Shown here piece by piece: positions 1-13,100 of a DNA stretch of 64,000 bases. The position numbers and the translations under genes are program-made. Under the pieces are notes generated by a model. The model made no database searches. It was not told where the DNA came from and was given only the letters and a program-made list of their open reading frames with translations. Each line of letters opens with the position of its first letter. The stretch's first letter is position 1. Source of the DNA: Takakia lepidozioides (lineage: Eukaryota > Plantae > Bryophyta); NCBI GenBank assembly GCA_030704615.1, contig CM060733.1:32364001-32428000 (forward strand). Reading direction: 5' to 3'.

Positions 1-3000
1 AGTCATCCCTGTTGTAGGTCCAACCTGACCTCCCGATGCCAAGATACACAAAAATGCAGATGCGTGCCATCCCGACACCATCTCCTCGTCCGTCTCACCA
101 TGCCACCGAGCTCGAGTGTCATCCTGCTGGCTCATGCATGGATTGCAACTCAATCCATCCGCATCCCGATTGACCAAACCCGGTTGATGCACAACCTGAA
201 AGTCATACTCTTGGAGTGTGAGTGCCCACCGTGCAAGCTTCCCCGTAAGCTTGTTTGACTCCATCAACCACTTGAGTGGCTAGTGATCCGTGACAAGGGT
301 GAAAAGATTGCCGTATAGATAGCACCTAAAGTGTGCCACGACCCACACTGCAGCTAAGCACTCTCCCTCATATGAGCTGTACTTAGCCTCTGTAGCGTTG
401 TTCGAGCGGCTAGCATAAGCCACTACGAACTCTCTTCCCTCATCATCCACCTGTGTGAGCACCGTTCCAAGCCCCAGCATGCTCCAATCCGTATGCAGCT
501 GAAAGGGACGCCCCCTGATAGGTCGTCTCAGGATAGGCGCCGAGGTCAACCTCGCCTTGAGCTCTTGAAAAGCTCGATCCTACTCATCTTCCCACTGCCA
601 CTCCTGGTCCACCATGGTCAGCTTGATTAGAGCCTTTGCAATGGTACTAAATCCCTTGACAAACCGTCTATAATAGTTTGTTAACCCCATGAAAGCTCGA
701 ACTCGCTCACATCCGTGGGGCGGGGAATTTGTGCAATGGCCTCTACCTTAGTCTGCTGTACCCCCAATCCTCCAGGATATATCATGTGACCCAGATACTC
801 AATCTGGTTGTGGAAAAACTTGCACTTCCCCGGATGCAACTTCAATCTGTGCGCTCTCAAGCGCTCCAATACCACCTGAAGGTGTCTCTCATGCTCCTCA
901 TGTACATGCCGGCCCTCCCCTTACTGCCATGCAGGCCTATAGGAAGCTGACTCCTCCCAAAAATCCAGGGTGAAGCCCATGGGGTACAACACTACCCCAC
1001 CAACTTGGACATCGTATGAGAACGCGTCTGTCACAATGGCCTTGGCTCGCATCACTGAGCCATCTGTAGGGTGATCCGGCCGTAGTCTGATAGCCAACTC
1101 ACGCCGTGTCATGCCCCGAGCCTGCTCCGATCCTCCCAGAGACGTCTGTATCTGGAAAGGACAAGACTCCATATCCGCCTCCGTGAGGCCCAAGCCTGCA
1201 ATAGCAGCTCTGCCCAGCATCAGTGGCTGAGCTCCCGAGTCCAACAAGACCCGCAGTGGCCGGTACCTCTTGCCTGCCGGTCCACTCAAACAAAAAAATG
1301 CCATCCTGGTTGTCTAACATGACAACTCCAGGTGTCACCATGGCGCGCTCAATGGCCTAGCTGACAGCTCCATCAACCTGGCAGCTGTAGCTTGCCATGG
1401 CACCGCCGTGGCAGTCTTGACCCTCAAATCCGAGGATCCCTCCGGCACTACACCTCCCACTATCTCCGCAAAAGATGAAGTAACCTCCTCATTCTCACAG
1501 AGTGTAGCTGCCAGCCTGAACACCTCAGCTGGTCTTACCCCCGGCGTCGCAATCATGGTAGCCAAGAACAATGGAGCCTGGCACACAGATGTGGCCACTC
1601 CTAGCAGCACACTAGCTGCCGTAGCCTTGGCGACACTAGGTAGTGGTGCTACCCGTGTAGCCCTCCCCAATGGCATAGTAACCTCCGCCTCGGTAACAGT
1701 CGGGCGAGAACTAGGTGCCATGGATGGCGTCGACACTGTCTCCGCCAATGTGAATGACTGAGGAAGCCTAGCCTGACGGCTTTGCCTCCCCACGCTGTGG
1801 ATCCAACTCCACCTCTGCACCTCATGGCTCAGGAACTCGTGCTGCTCCTCGAGTCACGGCTGCAGCAGACTCCACCTGCACTAGTGGTAGTGCTGCTCCA
1901 CACATGAATCCCATGCCTCCCATATCTCCTCCCTCAGGAGCAGGAGGTGGACCATCCGGCCTTAGAGCCGGTACCACCTGAGCTGTAGCCATGGCAGCGA
2001 GCCTCTGCTCTAACTGCTAAAGCCGGTTGGCCATGCCTTGGTCAACACCTTGACCTCCACGTCCTTGGCCATGTTGAGCTTGCCCTTGGCCTGCACCTCG
2101 TGGCTGCCACCTCGTCCTCTCTGGGCTGCTCCACCTCGCCCCCGGCCACCATTGTTCCCTTGGAACTGGCCTGGGCGCAACTCAGGATGCAAACCATAAC
2201 ACTGGGCCTCTCCATGCCCGTGCTTGCCACAATGCCCACACTACAACTGTGCAGGTTGTGCATGTGCCGGCCCTTTGCCTCCCTCTGGGCAATCCTTCTT
2301 GACATGGGGTCCTCCACATGTCCAGCACACCACATCCGCCTGTTGATGGCCAGCAAATGAAGGGAGAGACCCCTACATCTGAGGTCCTCTCTGCCCTTCC
2401 TCGAGCTTCACCTGAGCCCCCTTGTTGCCTTGAGCACGTTGAGGTAGTGGTTGGCTAGGAGCACCACTACCCCGTGGCGTCTCCTTAGCAAATCCCACCA
2501 TAACCACTCGTTCCTCCACCATGTTGAGCTCTATCCGCTCTGCCAGCAAAAACACATTTTGCTAAGGTGGGTTGGGGCCGCTTGTATGAGAGTTGCATCC
2601 CGCACCCTTCTCCTCAGCTCCTTGTCCAATATCCCATACCAAAATTGGACTGCCTGAGCTTCCGTAACCTCTTGGGTTACATTTATCAAGTGCCTCATGC
2701 GAGTGAAAGCCTCCCTCAAGCTCTCGGTCGGCTTCCGTTGGAACTCTTGCAAGCTCCGCAACTTCTCTGTCCTCACCCCTTGGTAGTTCCCTCTCAACTC
2801 TTCGAAGAACTCCACAACAGGGTTGAAGGCAGACACAGGTACTAGTGCTGGTGTGGTAGTGGCTTGGGTGGACGTCGTAGCTACTGTACCACCAGTCCCC
2901 TAGTCCCTCTGCTACTTGCTGAAGCTGCCGTGCAGCGGCAGGTGCAGCCACTGCCCTCGTGGCTCTAGTGCCCTAGTGATGGAGACATAGTCGGGTGACC

Positions 3001-3440
3001 AGTACATCCTCCACTCCTCGATCTCAAACCTCATGCCCCCGCCTGAACTCATGGTAATCATCCATAGGCGGCCCCTCAAGGTGCTGAATAACCCCTTCCA
3101 TGCCATGAAAGGCGTAAATAGTTGTGGATTGCGCATTTGCTGCAATCACACCAACTATCAAATTCTTGGATAAAATCATCCAACTCGATGGTGCCCACCG
3201 CCCAGAGTACCTTCGTGGCCCCTTGGTAGCTCCATACATCTCCTCCATTGTGTCCCACAACAATGGCAAGGAAACAACTTTTACCGCCGGTATGAGTCCT
3301 CCTGATTCACAATCCGAATCAGAACCTTCCATAGAAGACACAGGAGTTGAGGGTGGCCTAAACCGCACACCTCGTCTCGTTACCCACTAGTATCGCTAGT
3401 GCTCGAACCGCACTGTCCCCAGCAACTAGTGGCACCTCCG

Positions 3441-5978
3441 TGTTGACACTCAAAACCGTTCATGAACATGTCCCTAACCCCCTCTCCCCAAGGTAACCGG
3501 GTAGAGAACCTGTTGCGGCTTATGGTTTGGAATACTAAGTTCCTAACATAGCCTACACATGTACTTGCATGACCATGTGAATATCATGAAGATACTCCTC
3601 AAACCGCCCTCCACGAGCTTCAAAATTCGGCCTTCAAGACCACATGTCAGTCCTTAGGCAGTCCACCAGTGCCTCCACGAGTCAGCACGGGCCGTCCACA
3701 TGTCAACACGGGCCACCACAGACCAGCACAGGCCCACACAGATCACTGGTCACAGCCGTCACAGCCCCACACAGGCCACAGCCCTACACAGGTAACAGGT
3801 CACAGCCCCACAGGCCACAGGGCACAGCCTATCACAGCCCCTCACAGCCCAAAGGCCTCAGGCCACGGCCTGTCGCAGCCCCAAAGGCCACGGGCACAGC
3901 CTCTCACAGCCTCTCACAGCCACAAGCCGTCACAGCCCCAAAGGCCAGGGGCGCAGCCCGTCACAGCCCCGAAGGCCACTGGCGCAGCCCGTGACAGCCC
4001 CTCACAAGCCTCGTCCGTCACAGCCCCAAAAGGCCACCGGCACAGCCCGTCACAGGCCCTCACAGCCCGTCACAACCCCGAAGGCCACCGGCGCAGCCCA
4101 ACACAGCCCCCAAGGCCACAGGGACAGCCCCTCACAGCCCCATCCATGGCCGCTCTGGCAGTTTAGCCATTTCTCCAAGGGGTTTAGCCACGCCAAGCTA
4201 GGGTTTGTGTCTCTTGGACTCTAGGCTTCTTTCCACCGAGCTATGGCGGCTGTGAGGAAATCAGCAAGGTATTCTTGCTCTTTCGGCTCCCACACACCAC
4301 CATAGTAGCCCTAAGCCATGAGGTGGTTGCCACAAACCAAGCCTTCTTTCTCACTTAGCCTCCCCAAACACGCCACTAAACTCAATGGCAAACAACCAAG
4401 CCCTGCTGGTTCCCAGCCCTTGTGAGCACTCATTCAAGCACTCTCCTTGGCCATATCATCTGTCTTAGAGCCTATTCCAGCCCCCGACACCTGCTGCTTC
4501 AAGAGTTGCGCTCCCTTCAAGCTTGAAGTTGAAACCCCAACTCACATAGGCCCTACAAGTGCTTTTCTTTCACTCCAAGTGGAAACCAGCCCTAGACCTT
4601 CCGTTCTAGCTCTCTAAAGCTTGAAAACAAGAGCCTCAATGGGCTGAAGGCATGCTCCACACATGCCCCACCCTCACCATAAGAGAATCAGCTCCTTTGC
4701 TTCATTTCTTGCACCCACAAACCTGAAAATACAAGCTTCAGCAGGCTGAAAGCATGCTCCACATGCCCTACAAGGAAACCAGCCCCTTCCTTCCTTTCTT
4801 GCACTCCCACACCTGAAAGTGCAAGCCTTCACCAGGCTGATAGTATGCTCCACACATGCATTGCCCTCACATAAGGGAAGTCAGCCCTTCCATCTTCCTT
4901 GCTTGCCCTCCAAGCTTGAAGATGGAAGCTTCAATGAGCTGAATACATGCACCACACATGCAACCTCTTCACACAAGAGATATCAGCCCCCTATCTTGGC
5001 TCCTTGGCTCCTTGATGCTCTCTAAGACAAGACTAAGCACTCCACAGCCCTTGCCAAGCTCCTGAAACCCTAAGGCTTACATTTCCAGCCACAAGACACT
5101 TCTCTTGTGGTGCAAGAACTTTTCTTCCAAGCTCTGAAACCCTAGGTGCACATTCCATGGCCTTGCCGCACCTCTTAGCTCCTGTTCCAGCCCCGCTCTT
5201 GCCATGGCAAGAGCCCTCATACCGCTGGAGTTTCAGATTGAAACCCCCAACTCAACATAGCCACAAATGCATTGGCTTGCATACAAGAGAAATCAGCCAT
5301 CTCTCTTCACTCATACCTCCTTATGAGCTTGAAGTTGGAGCTCCCGATAACTGTGACTTACTCTAACACCCTCGCAGCTCCACATTGCTGCAGCTCCTTA
5401 ACTTGGCCTACAGTTGAAGAAGACGACCACCAGTTCACCCACTCGAGACCAGCATCTCCCCCGCTTCACACTAGAAGCCCAAACTTGGTTGCCATAGCGT
5501 TGAGCTATGCAACGCCGCTCTTCAACATAGGCTACCCGCCTCTCTATCCATTGCAAACTTGCAACCTGTTCGCCTTTGCACTCTATCCACTTTGGATAGG
5601 CTCATGCACGGATCCCTGCACTCTAGGCTGAACCACTTCTCATGAAAACACAAGTGCTACAAAACAACTCGAACCTGGCACTCACAGACTCGAGCTGATC
5701 TTTCTCGAGTGATAACGAAGAAGAATACAAGCACAAGCTCATGCGAGCTCACAAAGCTGAAGCATAAACTCATGCATATATAACCTCATCACTCAAATAC
5801 AAGTCAAGCCAAGTGCACCCACGCCATGGGGAATCCACACTACGACGCCATAGCTAGGCGCGGTGAGGCTCAACTCGAGAAAGATGAGCCTCCCGTGCTT
5901 GCCGTGAAGATAACCACTCCAGGGCCTAAATCTGCCTTGACCCCTGGATTGACACTTGGGCCAATCCAAATGTCAATA
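3441..5978 (-). repeat. 5' LTR of the Gypsy element (~2.5 kb)
   Basis: Inverted termini TGTTGACA (3441) and TGTCAATA (5971-5978, one mismatch). Followed on the minus strand by the PBS-like GGTGCCACTAGTTGCTGGGGAC (3415-3436). Confidence 0.7.
3700..4140. repeat. Degenerate tandem repeat (CACAGCCC core) inside the LTR
   Basis: Many copies of cacagccc / aaggccac motifs; the overlapping P/Q/T-rich ORFs are translations of this repeat. Confidence 0.85.
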
Positions 5979-6568
5979 TGTAAAAGTTAGCTATTTCCTA
6001 GCTAGTTTCACACTAGTGGTAAAATAACTTGACACGCGTTTTTCTTCTAGTGCCCCTTAGAAGGAACTTGAAGGAAATCTTCATATGTGTATATATATAT
6101 TTAGATTGTTTTTGTGATACATAGATGTAGCGTAGGTGTGTTGGTTAGACTGTAGTGTCTTAGAAATGTTGTAATGTGGAGGTCTTAGGTTCAAGTATGC
6201 ACTGCATGATATATGTAGAACAATGAACATATCGTCATTAGACAGATTCGGAGTCAATGGTCAACAAGTTTTTGAAATTCAAAATTTTCTGCCTAAATTC
6301 AAATGTACCCCCTTAAATTGCAACGTCCGGGCGTCGCACTTTGCGACCCCCGGACGGTGCTAAATCTGCATTACAGAGTAGGGTTTTTTTTTTTTTTTTT
6401 TTGGGCGACTCCCGGGCGTCACAAATCGCGGTTTCGCCTTTTTGCGACCCCCATTGGTCGCAAATTTGCGACGTTTTTTTGGTGACGCCCGGACGTCGCA
6501 AATTTGGTTCTTCCCCTCTGCCTAAAAAGGGCTGTTTTTACGACGCCGCGACGTGGCCGCAGCGTCGA

Positions 6569-6614
<46 letters not shown>

Positions 6615-6631
6615 TTTTTTTCCCTATAGTG
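5979..6631. mobile_element. Right end of a CACTA/EnSpm-type DNA transposon
   Basis: Terminus TTTTTTTCCCTATAGTG (reverse complement CACTATAGGGAAAA) ends at 6631. Subterminal direct and inverted GTCGCA/TTTGCGAC motifs at 6320-6570. LINE coding sequence resumes directly after it. Confidence 0.6.
6571..6614. repeat. C44 homopolymer
   Basis: 44 consecutive C; gives the spurious poly-Pro in ORF 6341..7162. Confidence 0.95.
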
Positions 6632-9600
6632 AATAAGACGGTGGCTGATTCAAGAGGCGGCACTGCAATCTTAATCTCTCCGAATCTAGTCAATCAAATT
6701 TCTAGCATGGATATCTGGATGACTGGACGAACCCAATTTGGCATTCTCTCCGTTCCTAGTTCTGGATACAAAATAGGACTTATCAATGTTTATGCTCCGA
6801 ACGCCATTAATGACAGATTAGCTTTCTGGAGATTGCTGCACTCCAACATTATGAGTCACATAGAGATTGACCAATGGATTTTGGTAGGTGATTTCAATAT
6901 GACTGACATGGCTCTGGACAGGTTGGAACTTGGCACTTCCAGCCTCACCCCTGAAGAGCTAAATGTTTGGGAATCTCTCTGCCTCTCTGTAGGTTTTATT
7001 GACATCTCCACCCCAGGAGATAACGAGCTTAGATTCTCTTGGTCAAATTGTAGAGCTCCACCGGATCTAGTCATGGCTAGATTAGACCGGATATACTGCA
7101 CCAGTGGCATCTTGTCTTGGGCCCAGCCAGCCCCCTTAGGTCCGGTTCTCCCAGATTTTTGACCATGCAGAGATTAAAGCTCTTTTCACTGTCCCCGGGT
7201 TCAGGCTCAGAGGTAGAGGTTACTTCAAGCTGAATCCTTCATTGTTCAAATCTAAGTCAGCGGATAAAGAACTGGCCCAGGTATGGTCCACATCTGGGAA
7301 TAAGTTCCAATCCGCCACCCTTAGATTTCTCACTAAACTTGAAGCAACGCGTCTTAGATCTCTGGAGCTCTCTAAAGCCTTGCTGTGGCCAGCTCTCAAA
7401 AAGAAAAGATCCTGCTCAAATGCCTTCATCTCTGCTAGCAGCTCCTGGAGAACAAAGATGAAGGCCCCTGCACCTTAATGAATTATAATACAGCCAAGTC
7501 AAACCTATGGAGCTTTAGGTAGTAGAAAGAAAATGCTATCAGGATTAAGGCTCGAATGAATTAGTCACTGAAAGGGGAAAAAATGACCAAATACTTCTTT
7601 GCTAAAGCTAAACAAAGGCAGATGGCCTTGACCATTGCCTCTCTCTCCTCCCCTGATGGGACTACTTCATCAGCCCCAAAGATGATGGCCTCCATAGCGG
7701 AAAAGCACTTTGCATCTATGTTCTAAAAAAGGCTCAGCTCTGCTGAAACAAGACTGGCCTCAGAAGAGATACTCCAACACATCGCCTCCCTCTTGTTACA
7801 AAAAGACAAAGAAGATCTATTCAGTGAAGACCTATCTGAGGCTCTACACTCCCTCCAATCTAGGAAAATGCCAGGCCTAGATGGCATGCCCGTTGAACTG
7901 TTCAAGGCCCTGTGGCAGACTATAGGAGGTGACTTTGTTGAGCTGACTAAAGACATACATCTGAAAGAAATTATGCCCTCACAACTCTCCATAGGTCTAA
8001 TCACTCTGATCTTCAAAAAAAAGGACAGAAGCTTGATATCTAATTACCGCCCCATCACTCTTTTGAACACGGCCTACAAAGTTATTGCCAAGGCCCTGGC
8101 ATTCCGGCTGCAGCCCATCCTCTCCAGAGTTATTAGGCCGGAACAATCTGGCTTCTTGAAAGGAAGAATGATTCTTGATAACATCCTTCTAGTCAATGAA
8201 GTCATGCATAAAGCTAAGTGCTCAGAGCAGCCCCTGGCTTTGTTAATGCTTGATTTAAAAAAAGCTTTTGACAATATTGACTGGGGATTTCTGAATCAAG
8301 TCCTCATCAAAATAGGGATGCCATAGGCCTTTAATAGATGGGTGAATCTCCTGCTCAATTCGGCATCCAGTAAAGTTACTGTGAATGGTGCCATCTCCAA
8401 ATCCTTCGCTCTCTACAGATCTGTAAGACAATGATGCCCTCCTATCCCCATACCTGTTTCTCATAGCGGCTGATGCTCTGAGCCACTACTTTGCAACAAG
8501 GCAGGAATCTATTGCAGGCCTAAAAATAGATGATGAAGCCTCAATCAAGGTCTCCATGTATGCAAATGACACTACATTGTTCCTCAACAATGAAGACCCA
8601 GCCAACATAATGCGCGCCAAAGAAGCCCTGCAATTTTTTTGCAAAGCCTCGGGTCTTAAAATAAATTGGAACAAGTCGGTTGGTCTGCTCACGGAGCTGC
8701 CTGCTACCTCCCGCTTTCAGCACGGACCTGGATGGGGACAGGACATAGGACTCAAGTGGCTCCAGCTGGGTGAGGCACATACGCTGTTGGGTTTTCAAAT
8801 TGGAATAGGGCTAACTGATGATCAACATTATGAACCCATCTTACAAAGGCTTTCTGGTCCCCAGGCTCCACGCTCATTGCAAAAATCAAGACCATGAATG
8901 AGGAATTTTCTGTGGGGTGCCTCCCCTCAACACCCCTCCAAGAAATCCCTAGTCTCATGGGCTCAACTCTGTAGGCCTCGCAAAGAGGGGGGGGCTGGGC
9001 CTGCTGGATCCAGCTCTGCAAATTATGACATTACTTGCAAAATGGATTTCACAAATGAAGGCAACCCTTGGTGTAACTTGGTTCAAGAACACCAGGTTCG
9101 ATCCTTCCCAGCAAATTCCACAACATGGGCACCATCTCTCAAGTGGATGATGCATGGTCATGGGAAGTAAAAAAAGATAGGCTCTGCAGCTTGGATCTCT
9201 ATATGGGAAGCCTGGAGGATAATGCGACCTCATCTCACCCAGAGACGAGCCAAATGCTTTGAGGAGGCTGTCAGGCAGCCCCTGTTTTGCAATCTCAACC
9301 TGGATTATGGCCCTTTGGCCCTTCTTCACAAACGATGGGCTACCTGGGAGGCAAAATGACTCTCTCATATTACCAATGTATGGGAAAATGGTCAGTTTAT
9401 CCAATCCGGCCTCTTGTCCTCTCTAATTTCGGTAAGGTCCATTGCTTGTGCTTGGGATCAAATTATAAGAGGGGTAGAATACGTTCAACCCTTGCTAGTA
9501 GGGGGTCCATGCACAGCCAATGAACTGCGAGTATGGTTTGGATGCTTTCAAGGGAACCGCCGGCTTGCCCTCTTGGCCACCTCCACCTCAAATAACCATT

Positions 9601-9703
9601 GGGAAGGGCTTCTCTTCCAGGTTGGGGATGGTGGACATTTGTCTCTTCTAGGCACATGAGAAATGCATCATGATCTAGCTTGCCGGATACGGGTATTTGA
9701 AAC
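6632..9703 (+). mobile_element. L1-clade LINE ORF2, 5' part (APE endonuclease + RT), degenerate
   Basis: INVYAPN, ILVGDFN, ARLDRIY (endonuclease); PGLDG, NYRPITLLN, EQSGF, LDLKKAFD, YAND (RT). Stops and frameshifts; interrupted at 9703. Confidence 0.93.
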
Positions 9704-10122
9704 AGCGTAGCTACGGCATGAGCCCAGCCCCGTGAGCCTGGGAGCTGAGCTCACGTTCAAGCTTTGAAACGTGAGCTGAGCTCACGCTTCAGGGAAGCGT
9801 GAGCGGCATGAATCTGCTAGAGAAGCAGGTCCTATAGGCGAGGATTGCAGGAAGAGGGCCTATTACCGTGGACAAAACAAAGGAGGCCACCATGCACCAT
9901 GTCTGCAATGCGTGCCAAAAAAGAGGAATATGTAAATATGGCAGATTTGAGCTCAGAATGATTGACACAGTTTATTTCAATTCACAGAGAGACGCTTACA
10001 ATGAATCGCAAGTTCATTTGCCCTGGTTCCGTGAACGAAATGTATATGTTTGTCATAAAATGAAAAGTCTTCACACGGCAACCTGGAAACCAGCATGGGA
10101 AGCGGGCATGGCTCGTATGTGT

Positions 10123-13100
10123 TCAAAGAGAAGTTGGCGGAGCTCTACGCGAGGTGTCCCGCTGCAGAAGGGTGATGACTTCTCCGTAGCCTAGTGTGGC
10201 TTGGTGAATGAATTGGTCTCTCTTACCGTCGCAACACATAATTACAAGGTATATGTAATATTGATGCTTGCAGGGGACCCACTTCCCTCTCATGCCGAGA
10301 GCGCCCTCACGCATCGTTACAAAATCCGGACAAGTGCACGATGGGAAATTCCCGATGGTAACCTGATATTCTTTGGCATGAAGAACTGAGCCAATTGACA
10401 GCACTGTGTAAATCCGTCCATACCCCGGGGAAGGGACTTCGGTGATACGAGTCACCCTAGCCTGCAAAATTCTAGCCGATTCCATCTTGCATTCGTGATC
10501 TGCACCCGAAGCAACACGGCGCACTGTTTTTCCATCTCTTTTTGTTGGGTGGGAGTCGGCACCGGGTGGAGGCATTGTCGGAGCATGTGGCACATCTGTG
10601 CCGACAGTGCATAAGGGCACCACCCGGGACCGTGCAAGACAAAACCCTCCCTCCTCCAGCATGCTTATCTCGGTTGAGGACAGCGATGTCCCAATTTTCA
10701 CAGGCCAAATTGTGGGGGGAGGGGGCTTCATTATCACGGAAGGACGAACTGTTCCCTTCACGCATCGTGCCATATCGTCTGGGCAGAACCAAAACTTGTG
10801 CTCTTTTGACTCCCCACTATGATAAGGTCGGAACAACCCTGTGAATGTTGGAGCTGGAGTCCCCCTGGAGCCTTTGCATATTTTTGATTTGCATTTCTTG
10901 AATGAGGGGGTCCGAATTGCCATGCAAGCCACTCTAGATCCTGGTGGGGTGCGTTCTATATGCCAGTCACTATCAATGCAATCAGATTCCTGCACCATGG
11001 CCACCACCTCCTCCAATGGGATTTCCACTGCTATGCTTGCATGTTCTGCACCTGCTCCACAGGAGGAGGACCCACCTGGGAAGGGGCCGGCACAGGACTT
11101 AGTCTGCACTGGAGACACCTTTGGCACAGAGAAATTGACCCTGTCTGGCCTATGGGAATCTCCATCTGACCCTGGAAGAGTGTTTAATTTCCTTTTGCAT
11201 GATCCAAATCTTTCCTCGCCTTCCAAATGGGGGAGCCTGGATTGCAGAGGGGAGCCTTCAGTGCACCTGTTTAGAGCTCTGGCCATCTTTGACGGGTCTC
11301 CGGACCTACTCGCAGCCCTTAGCATCAACAAAGTCGTATCGGGGCCCTTCCCTCCACCCCGTCCCATCAGAAAATTGCGGTACCTGGTTTGTTGTGTAAG
11401 TGCCCGCACCATGTCATCAGCAGTGGCCACATACAAGTCACGACCTGCTTTGGTAGACTGTTGCATCCAGGCGTTGTGAACAGTCTCTGCCAAATTACAC
11501 GATGGCATGTCGGCCAAGTCCTCCAAGGACATGTCCTGCAGGAGGCATTGCATGGAAATGTGAGGAAGGAAAAGAAATGGTAGAGGTTCTTCAAGTGACA
11601 ATCGAACAACCCCAAATGAACAGGCACGATGCAAAGTGCAATTTATGTTTAAGGAAAACTTGTGAGGCTTACCGTCGTCATGAAAGCTCCCCACTGTCTG
11701 TACCTGAAGTGCCAGAAAACCAACCAGTCCTCCAACTCCTTCAGGTGGATACCTGTAGCAGCACCAGAGGAGAACCACCAAGCCCGGATTGCCTGGTAAG
11801 TGCTCTCAGCTTCTCCCATTGAGGTGGCATTCTTGTACTTCAGACAGAGCCTTCTATGCTCCAACTGAAGGTCAGGGCGAATGCAGCGCTTTGTATGACG
11901 TGCCAGAGATTGACTCCAATGGAAGAGGCATGTGCGCTCCCTATTTTCCATTGGGACCTTAGGATCCCCCGAACCAAACACGCGCCGCACTGCATTGAAA
12001 TTTGCCTGTGCACTATCAGCCATGAAGCCCGCAAAATTTGTGTTCTGTATTCCATTGCGCTGCATGACGGCCAGGAGGGAATTCCACATGAGCATCTGGG
12101 ATTCAGTGTCCTCCGACTGCATATCACAAATTGCTATGGAGAGCACACGCTGGTACGCTGGATCATACACATGGCACGCCATGGTTGTCCAACCCTTCAC
12201 CCGTTTGCAGTGATCAAACATTAACCAACATTTAGCCAAATCTCCTCCAGGTTGCATTCGGCGGACAATGCTCACACCACTGCCTTGGCCCACAGCGGAC
12301 ATCTTGAACAAATACACTTTGGACGAGCCCTGGCCAGGGAACATACTGTTTTGAATTAATTCATAGCGACTCCTCCGTTTGAGGTCCATAATGTTGTCCA
12401 TGAATCCAGCAGTGCCTGTGCCCATTCTGAGTGCATTCACCTGGTTTCGAATATTGGGAGAGCTCAACACGGAGAAATGGTCCATGACTGCCTCAAGGGA
12501 ATCTGCATCCAGCATTGGCTGTGTCGCATCCCCTTCACCCAGTATGTGTTTTTCCAGGAATGCCTTGCTAGCTGCAAGCGCTATAGCAGAAGGTGTTGCA
12601 CAAGGGGCATTGTGGAACTCTTGCTTCAGTAGATTTCTAGCGATGTCCACGCTATCCCTGCAACTCCCTTTGGACACAGGATGCTCGTGTGCACCCATAT
12701 GAATGCAGGCACGAGTCATTGTCTTGCATCGATGTGCCACCTGATACATACGAGCGTGGCAAACAGAAACACAGGACGGGGAAAGTTTGCAGAACCTGCA
12801 CACAAAAGTATTGGTCTTGGGAGGTGCAAGCCCTGGGGTGAAAGGATTCAGGGGCACACCTTCCCACTCACTTTCGTTTGGCTGAGCGCTGTTTCTCAGC
12901 CGAGGGCAAGAAATATTCAGGCACTTGCAATGCCCAACGCAAACCGACCTCCGAAATTTCAAGCCAATGTCGTTATGGATGTTCGACGTTTTTGTCCTGC
13001 ACCAAGGATGTCCGTCATGTTTCTTGTCCATGCCCTGCAGAAGCCCAGCCAGTCCACTGGAAGACGTGGGAGGGTTGAGCTCAAACAAGATGTCCCCATC

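Larger units (their letters stand above)
1..5978 (-). mobile_element. Ty3/Gypsy LTR retrotransposon, decayed, continues off the left edge
   Basis: Minus-strand order LTR-PBS-gag-protease-RT-RNaseH. Gag zinc knuckles CWTCGGPHVKKDC and CGHCGKHGHGEAQC (~2190-2340, frameshifted); protease LLDSGAQ (921..1304); RT C-term KLHPGKCKFF..YLGH (681..875); RNase H LHTDWS..VVAYASRS..YSSYEGECLA (280..549). Many stops and frameshifts. Confidence 0.93.

Noticed and set aside
3644-4224. Pro/Gln/Thr-rich ORFs
   Set aside because: Translations of the CACAGCCC tandem repeat within the LTR.
6011-6052. 42-bp CACTAG..CTAGTG mini-element
   Set aside because: No 3-bp TSD (TCA versus CCC) and too short to distinguish from chance.
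6341-6631. Poly-proline/poly-Phe N-terminus fused to the LINE endonuclease
   Set aside because: Artefact of C44 and T-runs in the CACTA end being in frame with the LINE.
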